DNA of 64,000 nucleotides from Escherichia coli (GTDB lineage: Bacteria; Pseudomonadota; Gammaproteobacteria; Enterobacterales; Enterobacteriaceae). Position 1 is the first letter of the stretch. Every line of letters starts with the position of its first letter. Below, in pieces: positions 39,683 to 49,605 of this stretch. The position numbers were made by a program, and so were the translations under genes. The notes under the pieces were generated by a model that was not told the DNA's origin, made no database searches, and saw nothing but the letters and a program-made list of their open reading frames with translations. Location of the stretch: the NCBI RefSeq assembly GCF_044324875.1, contig NZ_CP172186.1. One strand, given 5' to 3'.

Positions 39683-40890
39683 CGGGGGAACTCTCCGGCC
39701 GGGATGAAGAGCGCTGCTTCTGATTTCTCAATGCGGTCGTTCTGATACATGGTCAGAACCTGATCCCTTATCCGCCGTTTTTCCTGACGAATGATTTCGT
39801 CAATGTAATGTCCCCATGTTGCATGGGATTGTCCGGAGAGCGTATTGCGCAGTTCGTCAGTCATGACGATGTATTCCCGGACAGCCTGCCTGCCGCCGTC
39901 ATTTGTTCTGACCAGTACCTGCACCAGAATGAACTGTACGAGGGAAAGCGTGGCTGCAGCCATCGAATCCCTGATTTCAGGAGGAAACAATCCCAGCAGG
40001 CGGGCAAAGGTTTCTCCGGGTGATTTTGTGTGCATGGTGCCGATACAAAAGTGTCCGGTATTACCCGCCTGGACTGCGGCATCTGCTGTTTCATAATCCC
40101 TGATTTCACCGATACCAATGATGTCCGGATTACGGCGAACGGCAGAGCGAAGTCCTGCAGCAAAACTTTCCACATCGCGCCCGATTTCGGCCTGATGGGG
40201 AGGCAGAAGGTCATTCTCTCCGCCCAGAATGTATTCCACCGGATCTTCATAGGTCACTATTTTGCGATCGGGGAAATTTTTCAGAATGTGGCGATACAGT
40301 GCCGCCGCCAGTGTGGATTTCCCGGAGCCGGTTTCTCCGCAGATGAAGCCCAGGCCGGTTTTTCTGAGCATGGCATCCAGCAGATCCGGTTCAATATTCA
40401 TAGTGAGGATGTCCGGAATATCTGACGGGATCACCCGCATGGTGACGGAAATGGCTTTTTCTTCTGTTGCCGATGTTCCCTGTATCAGGTGGCAGCGCAG
40501 GCGAACACGCTGACCTCGTTGCAGGCCATAGCGACCGGAGGCATCTCCGCTGACCTGAATGGTACGATCCACGGGATGACCTGACAGAACCCGGGGAAGA
40601 ACCTCCCGCCCAAACAGCTCATCACTCAGTGCCATCATGATGGAGGACGGAAGGGGATTTACGGATGAGCGAACCCGCCGTCCAAAGCGACTGACGGATA
40701 CCGGTGAACCGCCGGTCAGATCAATATCACTGACGCGGTGGCGGGCACACCAGGCAAAAAAATGGCGAAACTCTTCTGCCGTAAAACGGGAGAAGGGGAA
40801 GGTACCGAAGTCATCTGGTGATATCATTTTTCTCTCCTTCGGTGCTGACAAGAGGGCGCCAGCGCGATTTCTGCAGCGTAAATTCAGCAT
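39679..40890 (-). CDS. traJ: secretion ATPase TraJ (PilT/VirB11/DotB-like)
   Basis: Walker A GETGSGKST; about 380-400 aa; likely start at MISPDD about 40827. Confidence 0.75.
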   Translation of the reverse strand: MLNLRCRNRAGALLSAPKERKMISPDDFGTFPFSRFTAEEFRHFFAWCARHRVSDIDLTGGSPVSVSRFGRRVRSSVNPLPSSIMMALSDELFGREVLPRVLSGHPVDRTIQVSGDASGRYGLQRGQRVRLRCHLIQGTSATEEKAISVTMRVIPSDIPDILTMNIEPDLLDAMLRKTGLGFICGETGSGKSTLAAALYRHILKNFPDRKIVTYEDPVEYILGGENDLLPPHQAEIGRDVESFAAGLRSAVRRNPDIIGIGEIRDYETADAAVQAGNTGHFCIGTMHTKSPGETFARLLGLFPPEIRDSMAAATLSLVQFILVQVLVRTNDGGRQAVREYIVMTDELRNTLSGQSHATWGHYIDEIIRQEKRRIRDQVLTMYQNDRIEKSEAALFIPAGEFPR

Positions 40891-41647
40891 GTGTTTTCAG
40901 GCGGCGGACGCGATCGCCAGTGATGAGTTTTTGCCCGTTGCCGGTAACCGTCTGCATCTGCTCTGTGACATCTGGACGTGTGATCATGCCCTGACGCCAC
41001 AGAAGGGCGTAAAGCATCATGCCCCGGTAATCACGGGTCAGGCGCTTCTGATTAGCTTCCAGTGTGAGATCTGCGTTGAGGCGCCCTTCCTGCCATCCCT
41101 GACGTAAGGCGTTTTCCCATAGTCTGCGTTGTGCCCGGTCTTCCGGCACAACCCGGCCTTCAGTGCCTGGTGTGGCGGTGGTTGAGAGTCCTTTCAGCAG
41201 CCAGTCACGCCATCCAGGAGGATTACTGACAAAGCGTTCCGGGCGGAGGATAGTCCAGACACGGGAGGCTGTTCTTATCTGGTCCGGTCTGATGTGTGCA
41301 ACATCCTGCGCTTCATCGATAACAGGAGGCAGCCAGCCTTCCTTGCTGATGAGAGGCCGGAAATCATACAGGGCATTCAGGGTACTTTCCCGGGCATTCA
41401 GTGCCTGAATCAGTTCCCATGAGCGCTGTGCTTTTCCACCACGGAATCCCAGCGTTCTGCCGGCATCCGTGAGCATCTGACGACGGGTATCTGAAATACC
41501 ATCATCCTGGTTGCCGGAGGGCGTCAGCCATGCACGGATATCCGGGGGCGGTGCGTTTTCTGTCATGACGGCAGAAGAACGGTGATGCTGTCCGGCACAG
41601 CCTGTAAGCAGGAGAGCAGACAGCAGGAGACACAGGTGTGTTTTCAT
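40811..41647 (-). CDS. traI: conjugal transfer lipoprotein TraI
   Basis: Lipobox LLLTGCAG; 278 aa; synteny. Confidence 0.6.
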   Translation of the reverse strand: MKTHLCLLLSALLLTGCAGQHHRSSAVMTENAPPPDIRAWLTPSGNQDDGISDTRRQMLTDAGRTLGFRGGKAQRSWELIQALNARESTLNALYDFRPLISKEGWLPPVIDEAQDVAHIRPDQIRTASRVWTILRPERFVSNPPGWRDWLLKGLSTTATPGTEGRVVPEDRAQRRLWENALRQGWQEGRLNADLTLEANQKRLTRDYRGMMLYALLWRQGMITRPDVTEQMQTVTGNGQKLITGDRVRRLKTHAEFTLQKSRWRPLVSTEGEKNDITR

Positions 41648-42096
41648 TTTTTCTCCGGCGTCATAAAAGACAGATGTAAACGCCCGGCTGACTGCGAGAG
41701 TGTTGCCCGCCAGGCAGTCTGGGCTTCAGTGAGACGAAGGACATCAGCAAAGGTCATGTCGCGGACGTGCAGTGAGACGGGTAAGGGGAGACGGACGCCG
41801 CTGTAGCTGAACTGCTGGCCGCGCAGACGGGCCAGTTCGTTGAGCAATTCCAGGGCATCGCCTTCCCAGTCAAAGGAAACACGGTCGCTGTGAGCCTTCA
41901 GACTGCCGCCGGACTGACGCTCCGGAAGGGCTGCAGAGTAAATTCCCTGCCCCCATAGCTGATACTGCGCATGCCGGGCGACGGCGACATCAGAGGCAGC
42001 ACCATACTTTCTGGTCGGAGCTGTATTATCCGGGGGGAGATGGCAGCCGTTCAGGCAGAGTACGGCGAGACATCCCGCAGGTATCATACGGTTCAT
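41644..42096 (-). CDS. traH: conjugal transfer lipoprotein TraH
   Basis: Lipobox LCLNGCH; 150 aa; synteny. Confidence 0.6.
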   Translation of the reverse strand: MNRMIPAGCLAVLCLNGCHLPPDNTAPTRKYGAASDVAVARHAQYQLWGQGIYSAALPERQSGGSLKAHSDRVSFDWEGDALELLNELARLRGQQFSYSGVRLPLPVSLHVRDMTFADVLRLTEAQTAWRATLSQSAGRLHLSFMTPEKK

Positions 42097-42144
42097 GGTG
42101 TATTTTTCCTGAGCAGTGAAAGAAGAAAGCGTTGTGGGGAGGAT

Positions 42145-42327
42145 TTACTGGTTCGTGTTTTTGCTGAATGGCTGGAACACCTCAGAGGGTGACAGTGCTA
42201 CCCGGATACAAATATCGTTTGCTATCACGATATTACATTCGTTAGCTGTCGGATCCCGGAACGGTTCCACCATAAAGGCTTTGTTTTCGATATGCGTTTT
42301 ATTTTTGTTAAACATGCATTTCCTCAT
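42145..42327 (-). CDS. small ORF (TraG-like by position)
   Basis: 60-aa track ORF between traF and traH; no motif. Confidence 0.25.
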   Translation of the reverse strand: MRKCMFNKNKTHIENKAFMVEPFRDPTANECNIVIANDICIRVALSPSEVFQPFSKNTNQ

Positions 42328-42454
42328 GCGAAAATGATATGTCAGATAACAGCCAGATCAGAGGCAGCACTACAGGTCTGGCTGTGTCGTTTGATGGTCG
42401 GAAAACGCGAGGATGCAGGTCTGGATACCCCGGTCAGTACCGGGGCAGAGATGA

Positions 42455-43705
42455 TCAGAATGTGAACTGCAGTTGTGCAACGGCACCGTAGTTGTTGTCT
42501 GTGCCTGCTATACCCGCCACATCAATATGGACGACATCAAATGGTGAGATACCCAGCCCGGCGGTGAACGCACTGCCATCATTGCTGGCCAGATTCTGGC
42601 GGTAGCCTGCACGTAACTGTGCCCATTTCCAGGCATTAAATTCAGCACCAATGGCAGCAAACTGACGTTTACTGTCTGATGTGAAGCCACTGGCCGGGGT
42701 CAGGTCAACATCCAGTGCTGTAGTGAACATGTCGTTGTGCCAGGAGACACCGGCAGTCACCTGCGGGCGGATCCTGAAAGTTTCAGTGACACCGTTCACT
42801 TCTTTTGTCTCAATACTGCGGGGGAGCAGGTTCTGTGCGACCAGACCCAGTGTCCAGTTGTCATCCAGGTCCATGCTGGCCCCGATATCAGCGTTAATGC
42901 CGTTTCTGGTGTTGTGGTAACGGTCGCCTTTGAAAGCGCTGCTGTCGTAATTTTTAACCAGCACGTTGTAGCTAAACAGGTCAACACGCTGGAATTTTGG
43001 TGTGAAGCCCAGAGACCACTTTTGTCCGGCCGTTTCCAGTTCAGTAGCCAGAGCAATACCCACATCGGTGACCAGTGCGGCACGGGCAAAAGCCTGAGAG
43101 GTCAGTCTGTCTTTATCCACATCCTGACCGTTACTGTTTGCAATGCTTTCCAGATAGTTCAGGTCGGCATCACTGACTTTACCGTCGACACTGACCGTAC
43201 CGTAGCTTTTCAGCATCAGAGCGGCAGCGAGGGTGTCACCGGGAAGAGTCGCCACAGCAGATGTTCCCACCTGTGCGTCAGCATGCGTGTGACGGAAGTC
43301 CTGAAGTCGCGTCTTCAGACGTGCAGCAGTCTGCGACACGTTGCTCTGACTGTCGATGGCACGATCAAAGGCTTTCCAGTCATCACTGATTTTGTCTGCG
43401 TTGTCACTGATATTACCCGGATCGGACAATTGCCCACCAACGGACGGAATCAGAAGACTGAAGTCATCTTCCGGACCGGCTTTTGTCAGCAGGGCCGGGT
43501 TTGCCAGAGGTGCCACACCGTAGTGAGAGGAGGCTACCCCGGTTCCCCCCATTGCATCATTGCGGGCTTCAAAATATGAAGTTGCGGCTGTTGAATTAAA
43601 GGAAAATAAAACAGCAGATGCGATGAGAGTTCGGGTAATGTGCATATTCATCATCATTTCAGTTTCCTGGTTTGAGGTGTTTTGGGTACAGCAACGGTAT
43701 GACAC
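42455..43705 (-). CDS. traF: outer-membrane beta-barrel protein TraF
   Basis: Signal peptide, alternating beta pattern, C-terminal ..AQLQFTF terminal Phe. Confidence 0.6.
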   Translation of the reverse strand: MSYRCCTQNTSNQETEMMMNMHITRTLIASAVLFSFNSTAATSYFEARNDAMGGTGVASSHYGVAPLANPALLTKAGPEDDFSLLIPSVGGQLSDPGNISDNADKISDDWKAFDRAIDSQSNVSQTAARLKTRLQDFRHTHADAQVGTSAVATLPGDTLAAALMLKSYGTVSVDGKVSDADLNYLESIANSNGQDVDKDRLTSQAFARAALVTDVGIALATELETAGQKWSLGFTPKFQRVDLFSYNVLVKNYDSSAFKGDRYHNTRNGINADIGASMDLDDNWTLGLVAQNLLPRSIETKEVNGVTETFRIRPQVTAGVSWHNDMFTTALDVDLTPASGFTSDSKRQFAAIGAEFNAWKWAQLRAGYRQNLASNDGSAFTAGLGISPFDVVHIDVAGIAGTDNNYGAVAQLQFTF

Positions 43706-43746
43706 GACTGTGCCATTAAAAATTTACTGGTTTTTTCTCTGCGTTA

Positions 43747-44568
43747 TTACCAGGGTAATAACGGTATACTGAATAACTCAGCAGGTAATATTTTTCCTGT
43801 CATCAGATATTCTGCCTGTGCCGGACGAAGCGTTACGGTCCGGACGGATGTCTTTGCATATAAATTGCGGGCAGTGTGAAACCAGTTTTCTTTTTCCTTA
43901 TTCATTCTTACAGGTGATAAAGAAAGTACAGGATAAATGATGGCTTTATTAATTTCTTTTTTCTTGCGGAACAGTACACCGCAATATTCCTGTGAATGAA
44001 CACCGGCAAAAGGAAAACTGTGCCAGATAATAATATCCACATTATCGCTGGCTGAAATAAGCTGGCAGAACGCATCCTGTGTTGCTGGCCACTCACCGGC
44101 ACGGCTTAAAGGATAACGTACCCTGCCGTTCAGCCATTCCGGGTTGAGATAAAACCAGTCAGCCAGAGCAGTCAGAATCTCTCCTGTCAGATAATCTGCG
44201 AGTTTGTCCGGGTCACGGAAAACGGCAGGACGGATATTCCAGGGAGCCAGTAACGTTGTCATCGTTGTTACGCAGACATCATGTGCCTGCATGATGTGTT
44301 CTGTCCGGCAGATAAGACGGTGAACGATGTTTTCAGCCGGGAGAAACATTTCAGTTAATGCATCTTCGACCAGGATACGCGTCAGGTCGGATACAGAAAG
44401 GGAGAGTTGCTCGCTCATTATTCCGAGTGCTTCTCTGACGCCCTGCGGATAACGGATCTGCAGGGGAGTGGACTGCAACTGGCGGTTATTGAGCAGAGCT
44501 TCACTAATCCGGGCCCTGTCAATGGAGAGCATCATGCGGGCAGCAATGCCTGTGCTGTTGGGTTTCAT
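43747..44568 (-). CDS. traE: conjugal transfer protein TraE
   Basis: 273 aa; first tra gene after rci; synteny. Confidence 0.5.
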   Translation of the reverse strand: MKPNSTGIAARMMLSIDRARISEALLNNRQLQSTPLQIRYPQGVREALGIMSEQLSLSVSDLTRILVEDALTEMFLPAENIVHRLICRTEHIMQAHDVCVTTMTTLLAPWNIRPAVFRDPDKLADYLTGEILTALADWFYLNPEWLNGRVRYPLSRAGEWPATQDAFCQLISASDNVDIIIWHSFPFAGVHSQEYCGVLFRKKKEINKAIIYPVLSLSPVRMNKEKENWFHTARNLYAKTSVRTVTLRPAQAEYLMTGKILPAELFSIPLLPW

Positions 44569-44827
44569 TTCACCTCCGTGCGGTTCATATGTTAAGTCTA
44601 AAGAGCGTGTTTACTGAACGGAAACGAGTTATTTCGATCGTTATGATCGAGTGTGTTTCAAGAGTGCTTTTAACTCTGTTTTAAGCGTGAATGAAAAGGA
44701 TTCGGACAGGACGTGATTTAGTATGCCGCTGGTCTGGCATTATGCTGCAGAGCAGACGGAGTCAGGAGATTGAAAGTATTTCGTTATATAATCTTTTCCT
44801 TTTCGGGATGAAATCAACGAGGTTCGT

Positions 44828-45148
44828 ATGAAAATTAAACAGCATAAAGAAAAACTGGAGATTATAAGGGATATTATTCGAGAGACGCTGTTGGGTAATG
44901 CTGCTCTTATTGTTCTGGCAGCCATGGTTCCGGTTGTACTGGTGAAACCATGGGATTCGATGACATTTATTTTTATGGGGGCCGTGTGTGTTTCTTTTGC
45001 AGTCATTCTGTTTTGGCTGGTTTATATAGTTTGTTTGTATATAGGAACGCTTGTAAAGAATATTTTTATAAGGATTTTTGCTTTTTCTATTTGGGCCCTT
45101 TCTGCTGAGGGGGCAATTATTTATAACATGATAAAGATATTATCATAG
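44828..45148 (+). CDS. hypothetical small membrane protein (106 aa) in low-GC islet
   Basis: Three predicted TM helices; opposite strand to all neighbours; AT-rich context. Confidence 0.4.
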   Translation: MKIKQHKEKLEIIRDIIRETLLGNAALIVLAAMVPVVLVKPWDSMTFIFMGAVCVSFAVILFWLVYIVCLYIGTLVKNIFIRIFAFSIWALSAEGAIIYNMIKILS

Positions 45149-45239
45149 AAAAGTTGTTTATATATTGGCTCTATGTAAAAAGAATGGTACCTCTGCCAGA
45201 GTTCCCGGCGTTATTTTTATGTGTTGGGGCCATGAATGT

Positions 45240-45560
45240 TTATTTGGCATCCCTTATCTCGCCCATTAGCAGGCGGATACGCAGCCAGGTGTCATGATCC
45301 AGAACAGGTGATGGTGTTACCATGCAAGCACAGTGCCCGATGGCGAGCGTATCAAGGAAGCGTTTTGCATCGCTGGCACTTTCATATTCACCAGTATGGA
45401 TCAACATCCACCTTTGCCCCAACGCTGATTCGGTGTGAATTGGTTGCGAGAATGCGATTGTGTAAACGTCTTCAATTGTAACGATACGATTATTATCCGC
45501 AGTGGCTGCACGGGAGGATAAGTGTTTCATAAAGGGTCTCATAGCGTTAATTTTGAACAA
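45240..45560 (-). CDS. hypothetical protein (106 aa) immediately downstream of rci
   Basis: 12-bp gap after rci stop; no motif. Confidence 0.4.
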   Translation of the reverse strand: MFKINAMRPFMKHLSSRAATADNNRIVTIEDVYTIAFSQPIHTESALGQRWMLIHTGEYESASDAKRFLDTLAIGHCACMVTPSPVLDHDTWLRIRLLMGEIRDAK

Positions 45561-45571
45561 AAATTATTTGT

Positions 45572-46741
45572 TCAGGAGGAGGATATGAAAATACTGTTCG
45601 CTTTTGTCATGAACTGGCTGTTTGTTAACGGACAAATCATGACCCGTTCATCAATGTTTGCGGGTAGCTCGCCTGGTGTGGGGACGCGTTCACCCCGCTG
45701 AGCAGCCTGGGCCAGTGCGCGCAGCAACAATACGCTGGCGTGAGATATTGCCAGTTCCCGGGTTTCAGCACGGCTTTCAAGGTCGAAATCGTGCAGTGTC
45801 ACAATGAACACTCCGTTTCTGTTTCTGACAGTTGCAGGGTAGGGAACAAAATAAGGGGAAATTTTGCTGGTCTGTTTACGCCTTGCATCGAGTTTACTGA
45901 CCAGGTGATATGCCCGGAGATGTGTGTACCGTTTCAACATGTTCAGGGAGCGGTGACCGGAAATGGCTGCAATCTCCATAACGTTCAGTGTGCCGAGCTC
46001 GAACAGACGGCTGATGGCCTCATGGCGGAGATCGTGAAAATGCAGATTTTCTATTTTCAGATCCAGAAGAGCGGTACGCCAGGCGCTTTTGAAACCGGAC
46101 GAGGTGTAATTGAACACATTGCCGTTTATCTGTTGTGGCAGAATTTGCAGGTAGTTACGTGCTTTCCGGGAGAGTGGTACGTCGCGTGGTGAGCCATTTT
46201 TCGTTTCAGGAAGATGCGCCACGCCGTGCTGCAAATCGAGGTGTTCCCAGCGTAATGAGAGAATTTCTCCCTGGCGCATTGCTGTTTCCAGAGCCAGATG
46301 GAAGATAACGTAGAGCTGCGGATTTTTGTCCCTGAAATAGCGGGAAAGGCGGCGTTCTTCACCAGAAGTCAGTCGGCGGTCGCGGCCATTACTGATTTTC
46401 GGTTTTCGGACCAGTTCAACAGGATTCATACGGCATGTTCCCCATTCCACACGGGCGATATTGAATAATGATGATAAAAGGGCAAGTTCAAGACGGACGG
46501 TATTTCCGGTGATTTGACGCCCTGTTCGTGGGTTAATTTGAGCTAAACGCTGATCCCGGTAACCGGCGATATCAATGGTAGTGATTTCATCCATATAGCG
46601 CTCGGCCATAGGGTGACGTTTAATCACATTGACGCGATAAAACTCCTGCAGATGACCTTTTTTATGGACGGAAACGGTTTTCAGGTATTTGTCCAGCGCC
46701 CGGTTGAGAGTCATTTTGCGAATTTTGATTTTTCGAAACAT
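45572..46741 (-). CDS. rci: shufflon-specific tyrosine recombinase Rci
   Basis: Integrase-family motifs ..[16 protein letters not shown]..; adjacent to 19-bp shufflon repeats; start placed downstream of the repeat at 46804 (track ORF extends to 46810). Confidence 0.85.
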   Translation of the reverse strand: MFRKIKIRKMTLNRALDKYLKTVSVHKKGHLQEFYRVNVIKRHPMAERYMDEITTIDIAGYRDQRLAQINPRTGRQITGNTVRLELALLSSLFNIARVEWGTCRMNPVELVRKPKISNGRDRRLTSGEERRLSRYFRDKNPQLYVIFHLALETAMRQGEILSLRWEHLDLQHGVAHLPETKNGSPRDVPLSRKARNYLQILPQQINGNVFNYTSSGFKSAWRTALLDLKIENLHFHDLRHEAISRLFELGTLNVMEIAAISGHRSLNMLKRYTHLRAYHLVSKLDARRKQTSKISPYFVPYPATVRNRNGVFIVTLHDFDLESRAETRELAISHASVLLLRALAQAAQRGERVPTPGELPANIDERVMICPLTNSQFMTKANSIFISSS

Positions 46742-46803
46742 ATCTGCCTTCCACGATAAAAACGGGGAAGGTAGGAATAGTGAAACGGAAATGCAATATC
46801 GCC

Positions 46804-46822
46804 GTGCCAATCCGGTTCGTGG
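46804..46822 (+). repeat. shufflon 19-bp repeat gtgccaatccggttcgtgg
   Basis: Read directly. Confidence 0.9.
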
Positions 46823-47352
46823 ATTAGGGTATCAGGTAGCACTGTTCTGACAGGAAAAATCGCAAATGGAGAACGACTACCTTTGCCGTCTGGTTTTTCT
46901 GCCAGCCAGTGTACCTGGAGCGTCAGCAATGCTGAAAACCCGCATGGCTGGAAGCCAAATTACTTCGCAGGTTCTGTTGCGACATATGATTCGAACAGGA
47001 TTGTGAAGTGTGGTTACTACGATGAATACAATTTTCACGGCGGTACAAACAGGAACGACCTGACGGGGAAATGTAGTTACATTGTGGTTTGCCAGTAAAT
47101 CACTTTGTCATTGGCAAATGGCATGTACAGTTATTTTTCCAATGATGTGTTCTGTCGTATCGCAATAGCCATACCAGGCATTATTGTTTACAGGTATTGA
47201 ACGGACAAGCCAGATAAAGCCAATTCCAGAGCTGCATTCTGCACCACCCCCGATCACCTTCTTACCCATTGGGCAGGTGGCAGTAGCACCAGGCCAGCGG
47301 AGTTTTGATGCTGTTACTTTGACGATTTCAATATCGCCTTTTCCTGCATTTT

Positions 47353-47371
47353 TCCACGAACCGGATTGGCA
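47353..47371 (-). repeat. shufflon 19-bp repeat (inverted; exact reverse complement of 46804..46822)
   Basis: Read directly. Confidence 0.9.
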
Positions 47372-47379
47372 CGGAGGCC

Positions 47380-47398
47380 AGTGCCAATCCGGTATCTG
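47380..47398 (+). repeat. shufflon 19-bp repeat gtgccaatccggtatctgg
   Basis: Read directly; 8 bp from previous repeat. Confidence 0.9.
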
Positions 47399-47848
47399 GA
47401 CAACGACAAAAATGAACTTCACTACCAGTACATACAATATCGGGAAAAATACTCGTAATCTGAGCATTGGCGTACATGCGTACTGCTCGTGGACATACCT
47501 TAATGGCTCGCCTTTTGGTGGTTTTCAGCAGATATACGCCGACCAAAACAAGGTTTGGTATGTGAATAATTATGCGTGGGGAAATTATGAGTCCGGTGGC
47601 ACAATTACAGTGACATGCCTCAACCTTCCTGGTGCCGGAATCTAACCAAAAGGGCAACAGTAAGCATCGACGTGCTCTTCATCAATACCATCTCCGATGC
47701 CGTACATTCTTGTACCTGTCATGACGTACCCGGCAGGGCACTGAATCGGCTTGTAATAAATAGAACCTCCACTTCTGCCACCGATAAAATGTGCGGAGGT
47801 CGCTTCATACCATTTACAGGCAGAATAGTTCACTTTATTGCCTCCAAG

Positions 47849-47867
47849 CCACAAACCGGATTGGCAC
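47849..47867 (-). repeat. shufflon 19-bp repeat (inverted)
   Basis: Read directly. Confidence 0.9.
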
Positions 47868-47875
47868 TGGCCTCC

Positions 47876-47894
47876 GTGCCAATCCGGTGTGTGG
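47876..47894 (+). repeat. shufflon 19-bp repeat gtgccaatccggtgtgtgg
   Basis: Read directly; 8 bp from previous repeat. Confidence 0.9.
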
Positions 47895-48270
47895 GTTGGC
47901 TTTGAATCCTACCCTGTGGGAAGCCCTATCCCGTGGCCATCTGCCACTCCTCCACAAGGCTATCTGTTGATGAACGGCCAGTCGTTTTCCTGTTCCCGGT
48001 ATCCTCAGCTTGCCCGTGCTTATCCTGGCTGTAAATTGCCCGATCTGCGCGGTGTTTTTATCCGTGGCTGGGATAACGGGAAGGGACTTGATGGTGATCG
48101 GAACAGACAACTCCTGAGTTATCAGGCCGATCAATCAGGCGTCTATCACGAACGTGGCGGATGGCTGAAAGGGCATCATAGTGGTATGCCATACTGGGCA
48201 CAGGGGAGTACCACAGAAATGCGTCCCAAAAATATTGCATTCAACTACATTGTTAAAGCCAGCTAGGGAC

Positions 48271-49605
48271 TCACATCTGATAGGCATACACAGAGAAAAC
48301 ACCGTTACCACAGGCGTAATTTTGTGTTGGTCTGGAGATGATTTGATATGACGCTCCCACTGGCACGGCAAATGAAATAAATGCTGTCTTTCCGTAGGAG
48401 GGGTTATTGCTGGCATTCATACCAATGAAAGCGCCGTTCACATAGCCCTGAAGATTTGATGTGTTGGCGCAATCACCGCCACCGGCACCATTTCCACCGG
48501 AAGCGTACACAAACAAAGTTCCTCTGCCGTTATTTCTCCCGTTAAATGTTCCCCGGTGAGAACCCAGATTGCTGTAACTTCCGTCAGGTGCACCAATCGT
48601 TCGCCACACACCGGATTGGCACGAAAGTATTGCCCCTTTACTGTCGCGGCCTACAAGTCCGTCCGGTGAGCAGGAAGTACCTGCGGTGGCTGTTTTATCC
48701 AGCTGTAAATACTCACCCGTGGAAAGACGCCCCTCAGACCGGACAGTTCCACCACTGACTTTTCCTCCTTTGAGCTCTCCTTCGGTTGTGATCCCTTTGT
48801 TGTTAACAGCACGTATCCATTGGCTGTCCGTCATGGTGAAACCGCCTCCGTGCGTCGTGTTCATCCACCCCTTGTTGTTTCTGGTGATAAGCCAGCCGTC
48901 TTCGCTGGTTATATCGCCTTTCACCGTGGCTTTCTGACCATTGAGGTTACCGGCGTTATTGATGTCATTTCCGCCCATGTTGATAGCTGTGTGCATCTGG
49001 TTCAGCTCTGATCTCCCCGGGACCTGGAAACGATACAACCTGTCGCTTTCCTGCAGATCATCACCCGTCATGACGACGGCAATGTGACCTGCCGAACAGG
49101 TGAGTCCGTAATCCCCCGGTTTGTCTGTCCAGGCGCCGAATGCGCCGGTTGCTGTTCCGTTTTTACCAATATAACCACCCAGCCCGGGAAGCTGTCCTGC
49201 CACACTGCGCAGACCATCTTCTTTGATATTCTGCCCCCCTGTTGAGCAGGTCAGGGCTTCAAGACGTCCTGTAGTCTGGTTACGGCGGATACCCGTGATA
49301 TAACTCTGCCCAAACGGAGAATGATTAAATCCCTGTTTCAGGTATCCCTTGCGAATCAAATCATCGGCTGTAAAGTTTGCCGGAAGGCTGCCGTTGTGCA
49401 GAGTGGCATTGTTATCGGCAATGTAATTTCTGGCTGCGGTATTGTAGGCATCTGCATGAGAAGCAGCACTCTGGTAAAGCTGTTCATTCAGCCAGTTTTC
49501 TATTTCGGAATAAATCAGCGGCGTGGCGATACCAATCACTATCAGTCCCGCCAGTATTTCAAGCAGAATAAAACCTTTGTCGTCATCGTGTCTGAACTTT
49601 TTCAC
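48271..49605 (-). CDS. pilV: thin-pilus minor pilin/adhesin PilV (current shufflon configuration)
   Basis: Prepilin-like N-terminus KGFILLEILAGL; constant region joins variable C-terminus at the 19-bp repeat. Confidence 0.9.
   Translation of the reverse strand: MKKFRHDDDKGFILLEILAGLIVIGIATPLIYSEIENWLNEQLYQSAASHADAYNTAARNYIADNNATLHNGSLPANFTADDLIRKGYLKQGFNHSPFGQSYITGIRRNQTTGRLEALTCSTGGQNIKEDGLRSVAGQLPGLGGYIGKNGTATGAFGAWTDKPGDYGLTCSAGHIAVVMTGDDLQESDRLYRFQVPGRSELNQMHTAINMGGNDINNAGNLNGQKATVKGDITSEDGWLITRNNKGWMNTTHGGGFTMTDSQWIRAVNNKGITTEGELKGGKVSGGTVRSEGRLSTGEYLQLDKTATAGTSCSPDGLVGRDSKGAILSCQSGVWRTIGAPDGSYSNLGSHRGTFNGRNNGRGTLFVYASGGNGAGGGDCANTSNLQGYVNGAFIGMNASNNPSYGKTAFISFAVPVGASYQIISRPTQNYACGNGVFSVYAYQM
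48604..48622 (-). repeat. shufflon 19-bp repeat (inverted) inside expressed pilV
   Basis: Encodes the CQSGVW junction of the current PilV. Confidence 0.9.

Larger units (their letters stand above)
46804..48622. other. shufflon: three invertible DNA segments carrying alternative pilV 3' ends
   Basis: Six 19-bp repeats GTGCCAATCCGGTNNNTGG in alternating orientation; each segment holds two convergent C-terminal coding pieces beginning with repeat-encoded CQSG (46804..47098+, 47108..47371-, 47380..47645+, 47642..47867-, 47876..48266+, active 48271..48622-). Confidence 0.9.

Noticed and set aside
46883-48266. Track ORFs inside the shufflon (46883..47098+, 47108..47467-, 47184..47645+, 47642..47854-, 47838..48266+) as independent genes
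   Set aside because: They are alternative pilV 3' coding segments that begin at the 19-bp repeats and lack their own expression signals; only the segment joined to pilV is expressed.
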